Part shown: positions 12,581 to 26,771 of the stretch, piece by piece
How the letters are laid out: every line of letters starts with the position of its first letter
Position numbering within the stretch: position 1 is the stretch's first letter
Program-made: the position numbers and the translations under genes
NCBI RefSeq assembly: GCF_006345805.1
Contig: NC_043014.1
Location: forward strand, 29,016,001 to 29,080,000
DNA: 64,000 nt
DNA from: Octopus sinensis
Lineage: Eukaryota
Direction: 5' to 3'
The notes under the pieces: generated by a model
Told to the model about the DNA's origin: nothing
Database searches by the model: none
The model's input: the letters and a program-made list of their open reading frames with translations, nothing else

Positions 12581-12987
12581 CTTTTTCACTCTTTTACTTG
12601 TTTCAGTCATTTGACTGCAGCCATGCTGGAACACCGCCCTTAGTCGAGCAAATCGACCCCAGGACTTATTCTTTGTAAACCTAGTACTTATTCTATCGGT
12701 CTCTTTTGTCGAACCGCTAGGTTACGGAGACGTAAACACAGCAGCATCGGTTGTCAAGCGATGTTGGTGGGGGGACAAACACAAACACACAAACATACAC
12801 ACACACATACATATATATACACATATATACGACGGGCTTCTTTCAGTTTCGTGTACCAAATCCACTCACAAGGCTTTGGTCGGCCCGTGGCTATAGTAGA
12901 AGACACTTGCCCAAGGTGCCACGCAGTGGGACTGAACCCGGAACCATGTGGTTGGTAAGCAAGCTATTTACCACAGACCCACACCTA
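12581..12987 (-). mobile_element. SINE family A
   Basis: Near-complete copy. Confidence 0.9.
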
Positions 12988-13008
12988 TGTGTGTGTACAT
13001 ATCCATCC

Positions 13009-13053
<45 letters not shown>

Positions 13054-13139
13054 GAGACATGCATGTAGGTATATATATGTGTGTGTGTTTGTGTTAGCGA
13101 CAGATGTCGTATTAATGTATTAATACGAAAAGAAATGCT

Positions 13140-13325
13140 TATCTCCACTTAAACGTGGATGTTCTACAAGAACAAACTTTACTGCGGTACTTAACAAGAG
13201 AGACACTCTCATATTGGCTTATTGGTACAAAATGCTCCACCAAAAAGCCAGTATGAGAGTTTCTCTCTCGATAACCACCGCAGTAACGCTTGTTCTTGTA
13301 GAACTTCCACGTTTAAGTGGGGATA
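13140..13325. mobile_element. Foldback MITE-like element (~85-bp imperfect arms, ~12-nt loop)
   Basis: TATCTCCACTTAAACGTGGATGTTCTACAAGAACAA...GGCTTATTGGT / ACCAAAAAGCC...TTGTTCTTGTAGAACTTCCACGTTTAAGTGGGGATA; TA at both ends. Confidence 0.8.
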
Positions 13326-14387
13326 GATATACATATATAATGATGCCTTCTGTCAATATCGTTATATTGTATATAGTATTTCAATCTATCTCGCGCCCAC
13401 TTACTCTCCTTTTTTTGTGTGCTTTTAATCGAACTCATTTCTTTATTGTAAGAACCGACTTTGAAGAACTGACTTCGAAATACTATCCAAATGAATCATG
13501 TGGGGTCTGTAGAGAGATACAAACATACAGCCTTGCATACTCACACATACATGTATACGAATATGGACATACTCACACATTGATACATGCACACGTGTGT
13601 ATACTTACCAACTTATATAGAAATACGGCTACGTACACACAATTGTTGTATTGGCAACACCTCCCTGATAGTTCCAGCTGGTATCTTAACTGTCCAGCGC
13701 CTTCGTCGATTGTCGATTGATGTCGCTTCTCTGATATTCGCGTCATATCACCACTGAGCAACCATTTTATAGACCATAACAGAGTCCAGGATTTTAATTC
13801 AAATGGTGTTTTGCGATTTTTATCAGTCACATGACCATGATGAAATGTCTTCTAAGAAACTAAGCGGATCTAAAACAAAACAAAAATATAAATAAAATTA
13901 ATAAACAGAATCGTGTGAAATAGAATCATCATCACCACCATCATCATAACCATTACCACCACCACCACTACCACCACCAACACCACGACGATGACGACGA
14001 CCACCACCACCATTATCATCATCATCAACGTCATTATCATGTTTTCAATAGTTTCATACAAGTTTACTTTGCACATACGTGTTCCTGGGAGGTGTATGCA
14101 ATATTGTCTATTGAGGATGTGTGAATGGTGTTTGAATAATACATTAGTTTTTGTGGGAATTTTTGTTGATTCTGGAGATATTTTAGTGTTTCGTCTATGG
14201 TGTATATAGAATATGTACAATGTGAGTTGTGGCTATTTTGGTTTGATGGTATTTGTGCTTTGCATGTGATGTATGATTAGTGATGTGTGTTTTAATTTGA
14301 CAAAGTGATTGTGTAGCGGGTGGGCTGTGCTGGTTGTGTTAATATATGTTGTTCGAGTTGTTGCTGGTATAGGGCAGAGTATCGAAA

Positions 14388-14475
14388 TTGTAAAATCGTG
14401 TTTGTGTACATATTCAAACTCGGATAGGACTGGGCAGCTGGAGATGATGTGGTCAATTGTAACATTGTACTGTTT
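14388..14475 (-). mobile_element. Small R4/Dong zinc-knuckle fragment
   Basis: Minus translation TIDHIISSCPVLSEFEYVHKHD, matching the HxxxxC...RHD motif of REL LINEs. Confidence 0.6.
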
Positions 14476-15210
14476 GCTTAGTTATTTGTGGTTAAACATT
14501 ACTCTTGTCATGGTAAAATCAAACCTGTTTCTCTGTTTATTTCAGAGCTTTTGAACCATTGTTGGTTTCATACTGGTTTATTTTGCTGTTATCGAGTCTT
14601 ACGGTATATTGGTCAGGGAGTAGTTTTTTCTTAAGTATAGTTTGGAATCCTATTTTCATTTTGTTTTCATTTCTTTTTGAAGAGTGAGGTTACAGTTACT
14701 CTTGTTTTCTCTTTATTTAAATAATTTTTCCAATGCTGTTAGTTTCCAGTTAGTATTTTATTGTTCCCGAGTATAAAGAAAAAGTTGCCTTTTTTTTATT
14801 TCCTTATCTTTCTTTCACACTAATCAATTTCCCTTTGCTGCTTTTGAATATTTTTCTAGTGAGTGTTGTTACTTTGTAATACTTTTGTATTTGAGTCATA
14901 TTCCTCATAGCTATCTACGGACAAGGGGGGGTATTCTGTCTGCAACAGCTTCGGTGTCGTGACTTTGAAATGCAGTTCGTAGTTTACTGGTTTTCTGTTT
15001 AAGGACTTTAATTCACTTCACTTTTACTTTATCATTCTAAAGCTATGGTTTACAACTAAGCTAACTAGTTAATTTATACCTACTACCGGGACCTATGAAA
15101 ATTTTATACAAAAATATTGAAAGCATAGCCTGTGTTGCATCTGTATCAAAAGATAATCGCTCATCTGCTAATCATTGAAAATGAAGGAAATTTGAATACA
15201 ATGATTACTT

Positions 15211-15284
15211 AATGTACATGATAACACTTCCAATTAGTGAAGATCAGAAGTCATGAGAGCCACTGCCTGGTATTGCATCAGGGC
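15211..15284. mobile_element. Family C terminal fragment
   Basis: AATGTACATGATAACACTTCC...GCATCAGGGC followed by (TTA)n. Confidence 0.8.
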
Positions 15285-15317
15285 GTTATTATTATTATTG
15301 TTATTATTATTATTATT

Positions 15318-15692
<375 letters not shown>

Positions 15693-15693
15693 A

Positions 15694-15742
<49 letters not shown>

Positions 15743-15744
<2 letters not shown>

Positions 15745-15958
15745 GGCGGCGAGCTGGCAGAATCGTTAGCATGCCGGACGAAATGTTTTGCGATATTTCG
15801 CTACTCGCTACGTTATGAGTTCAAATTCTTCTCAGGTCAACTTTGCCTTTCACCCTTTCGGTGTTGATAACTTAAGTACCAGTTAAATACTGGAGTCGAT
15901 GTGATTGATTGTCCCCCTCTCCCCAAGAATCCAGGCCTTGCGCATATAATAAAAAGGT
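15743..15958 (+). mobile_element. SINE family B2
   Basis: B head and Meta-like domain with tail CCCCTCTCCCCAAGAATCCAGGCCTTGCGCATATAATAAAAAGG, then (GTT)(ATT)n. Confidence 0.85.
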
Positions 15959-15997
15959 TTGTTGTTGATGTTGTTGTTGTTATTATTATTATTATTA

Positions 15998-16822
<825 letters not shown>

Positions 16823-16844
16823 CATTATTACCATCATCATCATT

Positions 16845-16879
<35 letters not shown>

Positions 16880-16926
16880 ATCATCATTATTATTATTATT
16901 ATTATTATTAATAATAATAATAATAA

Positions 16927-16968
<42 letters not shown>

Positions 16969-17005
16969 AAGTAGTAGTAGTAGTAATAATAATAATAACA
17001 ATAAT

Positions 17006-17326
17006 GTTCTATATTTAAGAGATGAGGAATTATGTACATTATTTGCATTATTTACATTATTTACATTTGACGGATATTTGTTATCATCTTGTTTGTTGTT
17101 AACACAACGTTTCGGCTGATATGCCCTCCAGCATTCATCAGGTGTCTTGGGGAAATTTCGAACCTGGGTTCTCATTCCAAAGATATTTTTCGATGTTGTT
17201 ATTAATATTATTATTATTGTTGTTGTTGTTCAGGTTACTGCCTGGAATCAAACTCGGAATCTTGGGGTTAAGAGCCCGAGCTACTAACCTCAAGATTCCG
17301 AGTTCGATGCCAGGCAGTGACCTGAA
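17006..17326 (-). mobile_element. Family E: tRNA-headed SINE with hammerhead-containing tail and an inverted duplicate of its head
   Basis: Minus strand: tRNA 3' half (17270-17229), (AAC/AAT)n linker, then tail with hammerhead. Plus strand 17265-17326 is the same head inverted: GGTTAAGAGC...GAGTTCGATGCC. Confidence 0.7.
17101..17146 (-). ncRNA. Minimal type I hammerhead ribozyme
   Basis: GACAC-CTGATGA-ATGCTGG AGGGCATAT CAGCC-GAAAC GTT-GTGTT. Stem I is GACAC/GTGTT, stem III is the palindromic ACGT with no loop, the triplet is GUU, and the base of stem II is imperfect. Confidence 0.7.
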
Positions 17327-17358
17327 TAATAATAATAATAATATTAATAATAATAATA

Positions 17359-17393
<35 letters not shown>

Positions 17394-17418
17394 TAATAAT
17401 AATAATAATAATAATAAT

Positions 17419-17936
17419 TGATCTTAACTGATTGGAAGTGTTATCATGTACATTGTTTTGTCTTGGTATAAATGATGGGCTACAGCAAATATTCTGCTCA
17501 ATACCACAGATTTGCTTGTCAGTTGTTTGACCTTAACCAGTTGAGCTTGTCCTTTGGTAGCTGACGATATATGTATTTCTGACCTTGAGCAGAAGTACAG
17601 GGGGAGCATCATGGCTGTGTGTTGAAGGGAATTATTAGAGGTTTGGATAATTCACCTTTGGAAACATTGGTGGTTCGTTCAACATCCTTAAACGATCTTT
17701 ATTCAGGTTCCTTTTGAACCGGATGGGCTACTCGACCAGAAGAAAATTCTAACTGGGCCCCACCTGCAAGGTCATGCGCTGTTTATCTTGATATGAGATC
17801 ACCGTGTCATGCACACATGGTTGTGATGCATATGCCTGGTGTACCCTTATCAGACGAATAGTCTTGATGGGTATACTGAGCTTCCTATATTTTACCCCAG
17901 TGTCACTTTGATGGCATGCACTGCTCTCTCACTCAA
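17419..17936. mobile_element. Family C element, opposite orientation
   Basis: Reverse complement of the other C copies; ends CTCTCTCACTCAA(TAA); (AAT)n on both sides. Confidence 0.85.
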
Positions 17937-17957
17937 TAATAAAAAAAATAATAATAA

Positions 17958-18170
17958 TTCTTTCTACTGATAGCACAAGGCCTCAAGTTTGGGGGAAGGG
18001 ATTAATTTGATTACATCGACTCCAATGCGAATATGGTACCTATTTAATCGAACCCGAAAGGATGAAAGGCAAAGTCGACCTCGGCAGAATTTGAACTCAG
18101 ATTGTCGCGGCAGACGAAATACTGCTAAGTATTTCACCCGGTGTGCTAACGACTCTGCCAGCTCGCCGCC
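17958..18170 (-). mobile_element. SINE family B2
   Basis: Head GGCGGCGAGCTGGCAGAG at 18170; B2 tail near 17960. Confidence 0.85.
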
Positions 18171-18212
18171 ATGATAATAACAACAACAACAATAACAATA
18201 ATAATAATAATA

Positions 18213-18325
18213 ATCCTTTCTAGTATAGGCACAAGGTCTGAAATCTGGGGGAGAGAGCTATTCGGTTTCATCAACCAAGTGCGTTACTAGTTCTTATTTA
18301 ATTGACCCTGAAATGATGAAAAGCG
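18213..18325 (-). mobile_element. SINE B2 tail fragment
   Basis: ATCCTTTCTAGTATAGGCACAAGGTCTGAAATCTGGGGG. Confidence 0.7.
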
Positions 18326-18374
18326 CTCTTGTTTGTTCCTCCTAAAGGTTATTATATCCGGCCTTCGGTATTCT

Positions 18375-19265
18375 AACACCTTGTCGTTCCGAAGTCAAAG
18401 TCAATGAGGAAGTCAAAGTCCCGCTGTCGTTCATTACCTTTTCTGGTGTATGCTGGCACCAAGCATCCGTTACCTCGTATCCTTACTAAACCCCAGTGAA
18501 GGTTTTGGGCTTCCTTGTCGTGTCTGCTTTTGTGTTCTTTCTGCACAAGATTTTCACAAGGTCTAACAATGTGAATCATGTTTTTGACCTTCTTCCCACA
18601 CATTCTGCTGAGGTTCGTTGCTCTTGTGTGGTATATATCCCTTCTCACTGAGCTGGTATTGAATATCTGGATCTGGGCAGCGATGGTTAGGTTTTCAGTC
18701 TTCTTTTTGAGGTCATCCTTGCTGAGTCACCTCCATAGTGCTTCCTGGTCTTTTTAAGTTGTTAGTTTCACGGTGGAACTGACCACGCAATTCCATGCGG
18801 AGTGGAGTTTGTTCTCCCTTGTTGGCTATTCGTTATCGGTATTCATGAGCACTTTCAAGTCCATTGCTGGTAAATCCTTCTGCATTAGCAGCATACTGCA
18901 GCAGGTTTTGTTCGCTATTTACCAAATACTCTGCCATGTTTCTTTTTTCACTGTCGATGCATGTATACGTTCGCCTTAGAGGGGAGAGCACCATGCATTG
19001 CAATGTTCTTTCGGGTTGTGTGATCGAGTAGGTCCATCTCCGCTCGTATCCATCTCAGAATGAGTGCACTATAGCGGACTACAACCAAAAGCCCAAATGT
19101 CGATGACAGTCACAAGGTTCCTTGCGTTGAGCTTTGTCTTCGAGAGAAGTTTGAGGCGCTTCAAATATCCAGTGCAAGACACTGTCCAGCTTCAGAATCC
19201 TAAGGTGCTTGTACCTATTATCATCTGGGTCTCCCAATCGCTCTCCGTTTGGCAATTCTATGCCC
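18375..19265 (-). mobile_element. Degraded R4/Dong LINE fragment
   Basis: GIELPNGERL...RYKHLRIL; SRMCGKKVKNMIHIVRPCENLVQKEHKSRHDKEAQNLHW (decayed CCHC + RHD). Confidence 0.8.
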
Positions 19266-19339
19266 CTGTTATTATTATTATTGTTGTTGCTGCTGTTGTT
19301 GTTGTTGTTGTTGTTGTTTTTATTATTCCATAGCAATTA

Positions 19340-20645
19340 CTTGCTAATGTAATTTACAGGAATGCTACCTGGAGGTTTCGTGACAACAAGCCGCCTCAGA
19401 TCTCAAGAATATTTCTTAAGGTTTTGCAGACTACAGAACTGAACTATTCTACAGGTCGGCAATGCGGGTCCAGTTCAAATACATTTCAGTTTCTTAGGTA
19501 GCAGTTTAGGTTTTATGCCAAGTGCATCAATTACCACAGATATAATTGTTGTCATAGTCTTCCACAATCTCTTCAGCTCTCTGGCTAGCCCCTGATATTT
19601 CTAATTTTTTGTTTCCAATTTCTTTGTCATCATCTCTTTTATGAAATGATTTTACATTCGTTGTTTATTTTGTCACCTATAATCATATCAGTAATTCTTG
19701 TTCTCTACCATAGTCTCTGGGTCGTATTCGTACCATTTTCGTATTATTTCAAAGCCATACATTCGACTAACATCCCAATGCACATTATTTTTCTTACACG
19801 GTCATGCTTACACTTACACTCTTTTTCAGCTAGCTTACTGCATTCATTAAAGAGGTGATAAATACTTTTATCTCCTTTTGTGCAGATTCTGCGTTTGCTG
19901 CCCGACTGTGATTTATCAATCTTTCTGTTCATCAGATTCATCCTAATGGCTTTTTTCCCCTTGAGTTAGCTATAGTTAGCGCTTCGGTCTCTCTTTTCAG
20001 TTTTCCTCCGTCAACCATAACCAGCGTTCTCGGTTTGCGGCATGAATTGGCCATGTAATTCCATTTCTTTCCCCCTGCATGCCCTCTTGTTCTTCCCTTT
20101 ATTCTTGAATTCTTCTGCTGTTTCAGTAACTTTTTGAACGTCTCTAACTACCGATAGTATTCTTTCTTCACTCGTACAGCATAATTTTTCAACTTTAATA
20201 TTGTTGTACTAACGGTGTCATTTGCCTTCTTTCTTTTTTTGGTAGGTAGACTCTATCGGTCTTACTGTTAGAGTGGTGCACGTTATGAGCATCTACCTAG
20301 TTCTATAGCTCGATCTTTGTCCATTTCATGAAGGAAGCAGAGTATGTTAATAATGGTACAGCCCATGTGTTTATTGCTTTAATGATATTACCTCCATTTA
20401 ATTTTGTTTCAAGCAACTTCCTAGTTATTCTTTTGTACACTTTGGAGATTTTCTCTCTCAGTTCTCCTTCCATTATCCTTTCGCCTTGCAGCACGCCTGA
20501 ATATTTGTATCTTTCATTATTTCACAACGATCTAATGATGTTGCCCTTTGGTAATTTTATGCCATCAGAAATTATCTTCTGATCTCTCGTCATAATTAGC
20601 ACTACGCAGTTATTTACCCCAAACTGCATGCCAATATCCTTGCTT
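19340..20645 (-). mobile_element. Degraded R4/Dong LINE fragment
   Basis: RKLLETKLNGGNIIKAINTWAVPLLTYSA; RICTKGDKSIYHLFNECSKLAEKECKCKHD; (TAA)n at the 5' boundary. Confidence 0.85.
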
Positions 20646-20656
20646 TATATTTATTA

Positions 20657-20692
<36 letters not shown>

Positions 20693-20693
<1 letters not shown>

Positions 20694-21097
20694 AGAGAGG
20701 GAGGTACTGCCTTCTAGTATGGTAATCAAAAGGTGGATGAGAATGCTAAGGTTGAATGGATTTACTCCGTGTGTGCTTTTCTAAGTGGGAGGCAAGAAAC
20801 TGGAGGATGGCACTTCCCATGCCTTGGAGATCGTAGAGTAAGCCGAGACGTTTTGTATGAGGTTTTCCCCCGAATTACCCAAGGTGGACTACCCTGCAAT
20901 CGGAGACTCTATTTATTCATCATTTATTTCTCTTAATTCTATTTTTATATCCTTTAATTATATTCTTATTCTTGTAATGTGTCTTTCACATCAAACCACT
21001 CATATATATATATATATATACTTTATTTAAAATTAGCAGAAATATAACATTCGTCCTCATTGGCTTCGGTCCGTATGGCTAATAAAAGAAATCATTA
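20693..21097 (+). mobile_element. Possible L1/Tx1-like 3' end
   Basis: EREVLPSSMVIKRWMRML-like C-terminus, T-rich UTR, AATAAAAGAAATC + (ATT)n tail; weak. Confidence 0.3.
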
Positions 21098-21669
21098 TTA
21101 TTGTAGTTGTTGTTGTTGGAAGTTACGATGACATGATGAGTTTCACAGTGTTTAAGTTTTGGGATTATTTTCTGTGATTTTTTTTTTTTTACAGAATTAG
21201 ATGATTTTGTTTTGTCTATTCATTTGAACTGATTCCAAGAAATGTAAAATGTTATCTATTAATATTTTCACTCAAATTAGGTAAAAAAGAAAAAAATACT
21301 CGAAACTGATAAAAATGAAGGTTACGTATTTCTTCCACGTCCTATTAGTATGAAATGTTAAGATGCCGCAAAATATTCATACATACATATATTTCATGTG
21401 CAACTGTACACAATAATGCATCGTCATTGATACCATGAATTCATCCTCCATTTGACAGTTTTTCTTTTTCATTTTGTTTTCTTTTTTATCAATTAGCTCA
21501 TTAGCAAAAAGACTTGATGGGTTGCAAATTTAGTCACCGACAACCCCCACAACGAAACAGGTTGTACCCGGTTACAAGTTTCCAGTGACGCTCTTAAAAG
21601 ACATGAAAATGTATCCATGTATGTATGTATGCATGTATGTATGTATGCGTGTATGTATGTATGTATGTA

Positions 21670-21700
<31 letters not shown>

Positions 21701-21729
21701 TGTGTGTGTGTCATGAAGATAACCCAAAA

Positions 21730-22619
21730 TTTGGGCGTCCTGCAACTGCCACCACCGAGGGAAAAGGGTGATCGTATTTACCACACAATGATGGGTGACA
21801 GGCGATTGACCATAAATCAGATAGCACATCCCCAGAGCGAGTTGAGAAATCTCTGCTCAGTGAACTTGGCACGACGAAGGTTTTCTGCTCGGTGGGTGCC
21901 ACGTCTTCTCACACCTGATCAAAAATGCACCAAGTCGATCAAATCACAGGAAAATCTGACTTTGATTGAGGCAGATCCAGGTGGTTTCCTTAAACATTTC
22001 CTAAGCGAGGATGAGTGTTAGGTTCATCACTTTGAACCAGAGACAAAGAAACAACCCTACTCACCTGTCCCTAAAAAATCTAAGGTAGTTTCATTTGCAG
22101 GGAAGGTGATGACCTCATCTGAGGGTATTGGGGTGGGAGATGCCTATTTTCAAAACGACCACACCATCAATGGAGTGCACTACGCCAGCTTACTGATGCA
22201 ATTACGAAAGGCTGTCAAGATGAGAGGCCCTGAAAAACTGACGAAAAGGGTCTTGTTTCATCAGGACAGTTCTCCAGCTCACAAGTCCTTGCTTTCAATA
22301 GCTGTTGTACGTGAATGTGGCTGTGAACTGGTTGATCACCGTCACCTATTCTCCTGATTTGGCTCCAGCTGACTATCCCCAACATGAGAAACCATTTGAC
22401 TGGGAACCGGTATCGTAATGACGATGACGTCATATGTGCTGTTCGTGTTTTTTTTGAGCAACAGGATGAAAGCTTCTTCACCAATGGTATTCAAGCTCTA
22501 CAACACCGATAGAAAAAAGTGTGTAGACCACAAGAGGGACTATGTTGAGAGATAAACCTAATTTCGTCACATTCAATTAGACTATTGTGGTCAGTCTGTG
22601 ACCTTTTCAGTCGACCCGA

Positions 22620-22622
<3 letters not shown>
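21730..22622 (+). mobile_element. Mariner transposon remnant with right TIR
   Basis: DRRLTINQIA, FSARWVPRLLTPDQK, DEC*VHHFEPETK, VLFHQDSSPAH, YSPDLAPADY; ends ...CTTTTCAGTCGACCCGAG-TA. Confidence 0.9.
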
Positions 22623-22683
<61 letters not shown>

Positions 22684-22704
22684 GTACATATACAAACGTA
22701 AACA

Positions 22705-22968
22705 TGTGATGGTGGTGGTGGTGATCATGCTTGTTGTGATGACGACGACGACGACGTCAAAGATGATGATGGTGGTAATGATGATGGTGAAGATGATGAT
22801 GATGACGACGATGACGGACGTCGAATGATGGAGGCGGTGAAAGCGTAGGCAACGGCGAAGACCCATGACGCAGTAGCAGTGGCTGTGGTGGTCACCGTCG
22901 TGGCGGCGGCGGCGGTGGTGGTGGAGGTGTAGTTAGGTGTAACGTTGGTTTAGGTCGCCGTCGTCATC

Positions 22969-23003
<35 letters not shown>

Positions 23004-23023
23004 TAGTAGTAGTAGTGGTGGTG

Positions 23024-23063
<40 letters not shown>

Positions 23064-23106
23064 TAGTAGTAGTAGTAGTAGTAGTAGTATAGTAGTAGTA
23101 GTAGTG

Positions 23107-23144
<38 letters not shown>

Positions 23145-23250
23145 GGTGGTGGTGGTGGTGGTGGTGGTGGTGGTAGTAGTAGTGGTGGTGGTGGTGGTAG
23201 TAGTAGTAGTGGTGGTGGGTGGTGGTGGTGGTGGTGTGATGGTGATGGTG

Positions 23251-23304
<54 letters not shown>

Positions 23305-23360
23305 ACGGTAGCGATCATAAATATGGTGGTTTGTAATATGCTTCAGAAGTCAGTCGGTGA

Positions 23361-23391
<31 letters not shown>

Positions 23392-23400
23392 CATGATGAC
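22705..23400. repeat. Long compound triplet tract (GAT/GAC/GGC/GTA/GGT)
   Basis: Directly visible. Confidence 0.9.
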
Positions 23401-23691
23401 CACTGTGTGTGCTTTGCATAAATGTAGAAAGTTAAGGGATTACTGTGTTCGTGTGTTCGCCTCACTGTGGCAGATATAGTCCACTTGACACACAGACAGA
23501 CAGACACTGGGTTTTGTGTCTGTGTGTTTGTCCTGCAAAGGGAACAAACAGTTCCTCTTTCACAGGCACTGTCTACCATCCCTTTCGCACACGCGCGCGC
23601 ACACACACACACACGCTCGCACACGCACACACATACATGCACATACGTAATATATACAGATATGTAATAATATATATGTATACACACACAT

Positions 23692-23735
<44 letters not shown>

Positions 23736-23744
23736 GTTTATTAT

Positions 23745-23963
23745 TGCATGATTGTGGCCATGCTTGAGCACCGTCTTAAAGGGTTTTTGGTCGAAGAAGT
23801 CGACCCCAGGACCTATTTTTGCAACCCTGGTACTTCTATTGGTGTTTTTTGCCAAACCGCTAAGTTACAGGGACATAAACACCAAAACTGGATGCCAAAC
23901 GATGACGGGGAGACAAACATGCACACAGAAACACACAGAAACACACACACACAAACACACACA

Positions 23964-24002
<39 letters not shown>

Positions 24003-24191
24003 AGTAAACACATATATATCTGTACACGATGGGTTTCTTTCAGATTCCATCTACCAAACCCACTCACAAGGCTTTGGTCGACCTGCGGCTATAGAGGAAG
24101 ACTATAGCCTCAGGTGTCACGCAGTGGGACTGAACCCAGAACCATGTGGTTTGGGAGGCAAGCTTCTTACCACACAATCACGCCAGCGCCT
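23745..24191 (-). mobile_element. SINE family A (diverged)
   Basis: All A modules present, with long internal (CA)n. Confidence 0.8.
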
Positions 24192-24233
24192 ACACACACA
24201 CACACTATTATATATATTATATATATATATAAT

Positions 24234-24279
<46 letters not shown>

Positions 24280-24773
24280 CACATGCATACATATGCCTAC
24301 ATATTATATATTATATATATATTAGTTTTTTTAACTCGGAAGCCGTGGCCATGCTGGAGCAAATAATATTTTTATGTTTTCCTTTTCTCATATATGAATT
24401 TAGTACTTATCCTCTGTTACATGTGTTTCAATCCAGATTTACTACTTCAAATTATAAACCTCCTTGCTGCACATCAGACACTCACACACAAACGCACAAA
24501 TCCGCAAACAGACTTACACACACATGTCTCAGTCATATATATATATATATTAAGTATATATACATACACACACACACACATATATATATATATATGTGTA
24601 TGTGTGTATACATATGTATGTATGCGCTCAGAAACATAAACACACATATGTCCAAACAGTTTCTTCCATGCAGAAAGGTGCACACCACAATCCCATTTAC
24701 TTCCCTCTCTTTCTCTCTCACTCTCCGCTCCTTTCTCTTTCTCTCTATCTATCTATCTATCTATCTATCTATC

Positions 24774-24810
<37 letters not shown>

Positions 24811-25128
24811 GTAGTCTGTCTGTCTATCTATCTCTATCAATCTCTTTAACTCTTTGTCTGTCTGTGTGTCTGTTGGTCTATCTATCAGTATATCTGTCTA
24901 ATTTTCTAATTAGCTTTCTATGTAATACACCTATCAATCAAGATAACTATTACTCAATTTTTTCTCGCCCTCTCTCTCACTTTCTCTCTGTCTGTCTGTC
25001 TGTCTCTCTCACACAAACGCACAAAAACACACAAACACAAACATGCATGCATTGATTATATGTAAGTGTGAATATATTCAATATATACATGTATATACCT
25101 CTATCTTTCTTTCGATCTGTCTATCTAA

Positions 25129-25202
<74 letters not shown>

Positions 25203-25455
25203 GTCAGAGAGAAAAGAGAGAGAGAGAGAGACTAAAGGAGTCAGAGAGAAAGGCAGAGAAAGAGAGAGTATAAGATAGCCAGATAGATAGACAGATAGTT
25301 ATATATATTTGTACATTATATCTATATGTACAGCCATTTTTTGGTCATACAAATTGTCCAATGTATCTATTTGCTGTATTTTTCCATCTCCCTCTCTTCA
25401 TCGCTTTGTCTAGGTCTCTTTCTTTCTCTTTTCTTTCTCCGCCTTTTTCTCCGTA

Positions 25456-25498
<43 letters not shown>

Positions 25499-25608
25499 GT
25501 ACATTTATATATTTATATGTGTGTGGGTATGCATATATATCCATAAACACACGCATATATACATTTATATAGATATATAGATAAATACACAGACATAGAG
25601 ATAGACAA

Positions 25609-25677
<69 letters not shown>

Positions 25678-25922
25678 GGGTATCTCAGCTGAAGCTAACT
25701 TCCATCACTAGTGTGGATTTCAGGTTTTTGTTTTCCAGTCCGATTATATAATTATCTGCATCGTACATCCATACAATGTTTTCACTCGTACAACGCGCAT
25801 AGATACATTCGTTCATACGTACATACATGCATAAAGGCATACATGCGTGAGTGCGTGTGCATGTTTAAATATTTGATGTTATACAAACACACAAACACAC
25901 ACATATATATGTGTGTGTGTGT

Positions 25923-25958
<36 letters not shown>

Positions 25959-26187
25959 TGTCTCTGTGTGTGTGTGTGTCTGTGTGTGTATGTATGTGTG
26001 CGTCCAAAACGCCTGTGGTCCAGCCTAAAAGAGCACAAACCAAATTTTCACGAAAGTCCCACTAAAAGACTAATTAGTCCATCTAAATTAGACCCGGATA
26101 GGCATAGCAAAATAATTTTAGATAAATATATACCGTAAATCAGAAATATATAATATATACATACATACATATATCTATATCTGTACC

Positions 26188-26219
<32 letters not shown>

Positions 26220-26362
26220 TGTATGTATGTATGTATGTACGTACGTACGTATGTATGTATGTATGTATGTATGTATGTATGTATGTATGTATGTATGTAT
26301 GTATGCATTTATGTATAGATATATGCATGTATCTGTCTGTCTGTCTATCTATCTATCTATCA

Positions 26363-26422
<60 letters not shown>

Positions 26423-26554
26423 GTCTGTCTGTCTCTCTCTATATATATAGATATAGATATATCTATATACATACATATATATGTACACATACATGCATAT
26501 TTCTATGTATTTATATATATACATATGTGTGTATACACACACACACACACACCC

Positions 26555-26593
<39 letters not shown>

Positions 26594-26640
26594 CACACAC
26601 AGAGAGAAATATATTGTATCCTCTTCCTCCTTTTACACAG

Positions 26641-26771
26641 ACATTTTACTTACTCCTACCACTGCGGCTACTGTGGAAGTCCTTGTCTCTCAGTCTCCCC
26701 ACACGTTCACGCAACCACCAGCCACCATGACAGATATCTGCCAACCCTACATCGGCTTCCTGCTCAGAGAT
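26641..26771 (+). CDS. Candidate internal coding exon of an unidentified host gene
   Basis: Acceptor cctcttcctccttttacacag|, donor AGAT|gtacgg, open frame HFTYSYHCGYCGSPCLSV...PAQR; unique higher-GC island among microsatellites. Confidence 0.3.

Noticed and set aside
17265-17326. tRNA gene (also the heads at ~360-422, 39010-39080 and 47050-47130)
   Set aside because: Incomplete cloverleaves continuous with SINE bodies.
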